Below are positions 63,581 to 64,000 of a DNA stretch of 64,000 bases, one piece after another (within the stretch, counting starts at the first letter, position 1; every line of letters begins with the position of its first letter). Position numbers and translations under genes: made by a program. Origin of the DNA: Laetmonice hystrix (Eukaryota); the NCBI GenBank assembly GCA_965235115.1, contig OZ249445.1, positions 10,044,001-10,108,000 on the forward strand, read 5' to 3'. The notes beneath the pieces were generated by a model, which ran no database searches, had not been told where the DNA came from, and saw nothing but the letters and a program-made list of their open reading frames with translations.

Positions 63581-63806
63581 GTAGGGAACTTTGATGATAA
63601 ATTTGCATCATAAATCATCGATTTCCTATTATGGAATATGAATATAGGCATGATAGTTGTTTGGCTTGTTTCCTTCTCGAGGTGTGCATGACATGTTTCC
63701 ATGTGTTTTCTTGACAGAGTTACGTTCTTGGTGGGAGGTGCCGAGCATTGCTCACTTTTGTTCCCTGTTCGCGGCAGCGTTCGACTTGACAGAATTCCAT
63801 ATCGAT
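63574..63806 (+). CDS. CECR2: CECR2-like ISWI-complex subunit, 5' partial (first two coding exons)
   Basis: join(63574..63580,63718..63806) gives MEELRSWWEVPSIAHFCSLFAAAFDLTEFHID, closely matching the recalled CECR2 N-terminus (ELRSWWEVPAIAHFCSLF). Donors GTAGGG (63581) and GTAGGT (63807); acceptor TTTTCTTGACAG. The gene continues beyond the window. Confidence 0.85.
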
Positions 63807-64000
63807 GTAGGTATTCTGATTCTTCACTCTGAGATAAGGATCATGTTTATAATAGATTCCTGGTATATGCATTTAGATGTTGCTAGTTGGCCAAGTAGAT
63901 TGTCATCATAACGACTTAACCCTGGGTTGACAGTTCCTCATTTAAGCCTAATTTTTAGCACAGGCTGCACAGTCGAGCCACACTGGAAATTCCTTTAAAA

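Noticed and set aside
1-64000. CRISPR arrays, tRNA/rRNA genes, tRNA-derived SINE heads
   Set aside because: No repeat-spacer structure. The GTTCGA occurrences lack an A-box or cloverleaf context.

Overview
Eukaryotic genomic DNA with spliceosomal GT-AG introns, probably from a bilaterian invertebrate (inferred from gene content and repeat types). Most short ORFs in the supplied track are noise or exon fragments; I found no prokaryotic operons, CRISPR arrays or RNA genes. The gene models below were assembled by hand with intron-phase checks. (1) A 5.5-kb, apparently intact ISL2EU-type (PIF/Harbinger-related) DNA transposon at 28611-34129, with TIRs and an AT target-site duplication. It carries two convergent spliced genes: a THAP-HTH-DDE transposase and a SAP-SWIM-YqaJ nuclease. 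(2) A QSER1/PRR12-like gene on the minus strand with 17 coding exons (39057-61692), a polyQ tract, a DUF4211-like C-terminus and one GC-AG intron. (3) A complete secreted fibrinogen-related gene (44132-53655, +) nested antisense in the 14.5-kb intron of that gene. (4) The 5' end of a CECR2-like gene, head-to-head with the QSER1-like gene across a short shared promoter. The left 28 kb is non-coding-like, with MITEs, a Helentron-type HINE and minisatellites, and may be a long intron of a gene whose promoter lies at about 35.3-35.5 kb. Motif-level regulatory calls are inference only.
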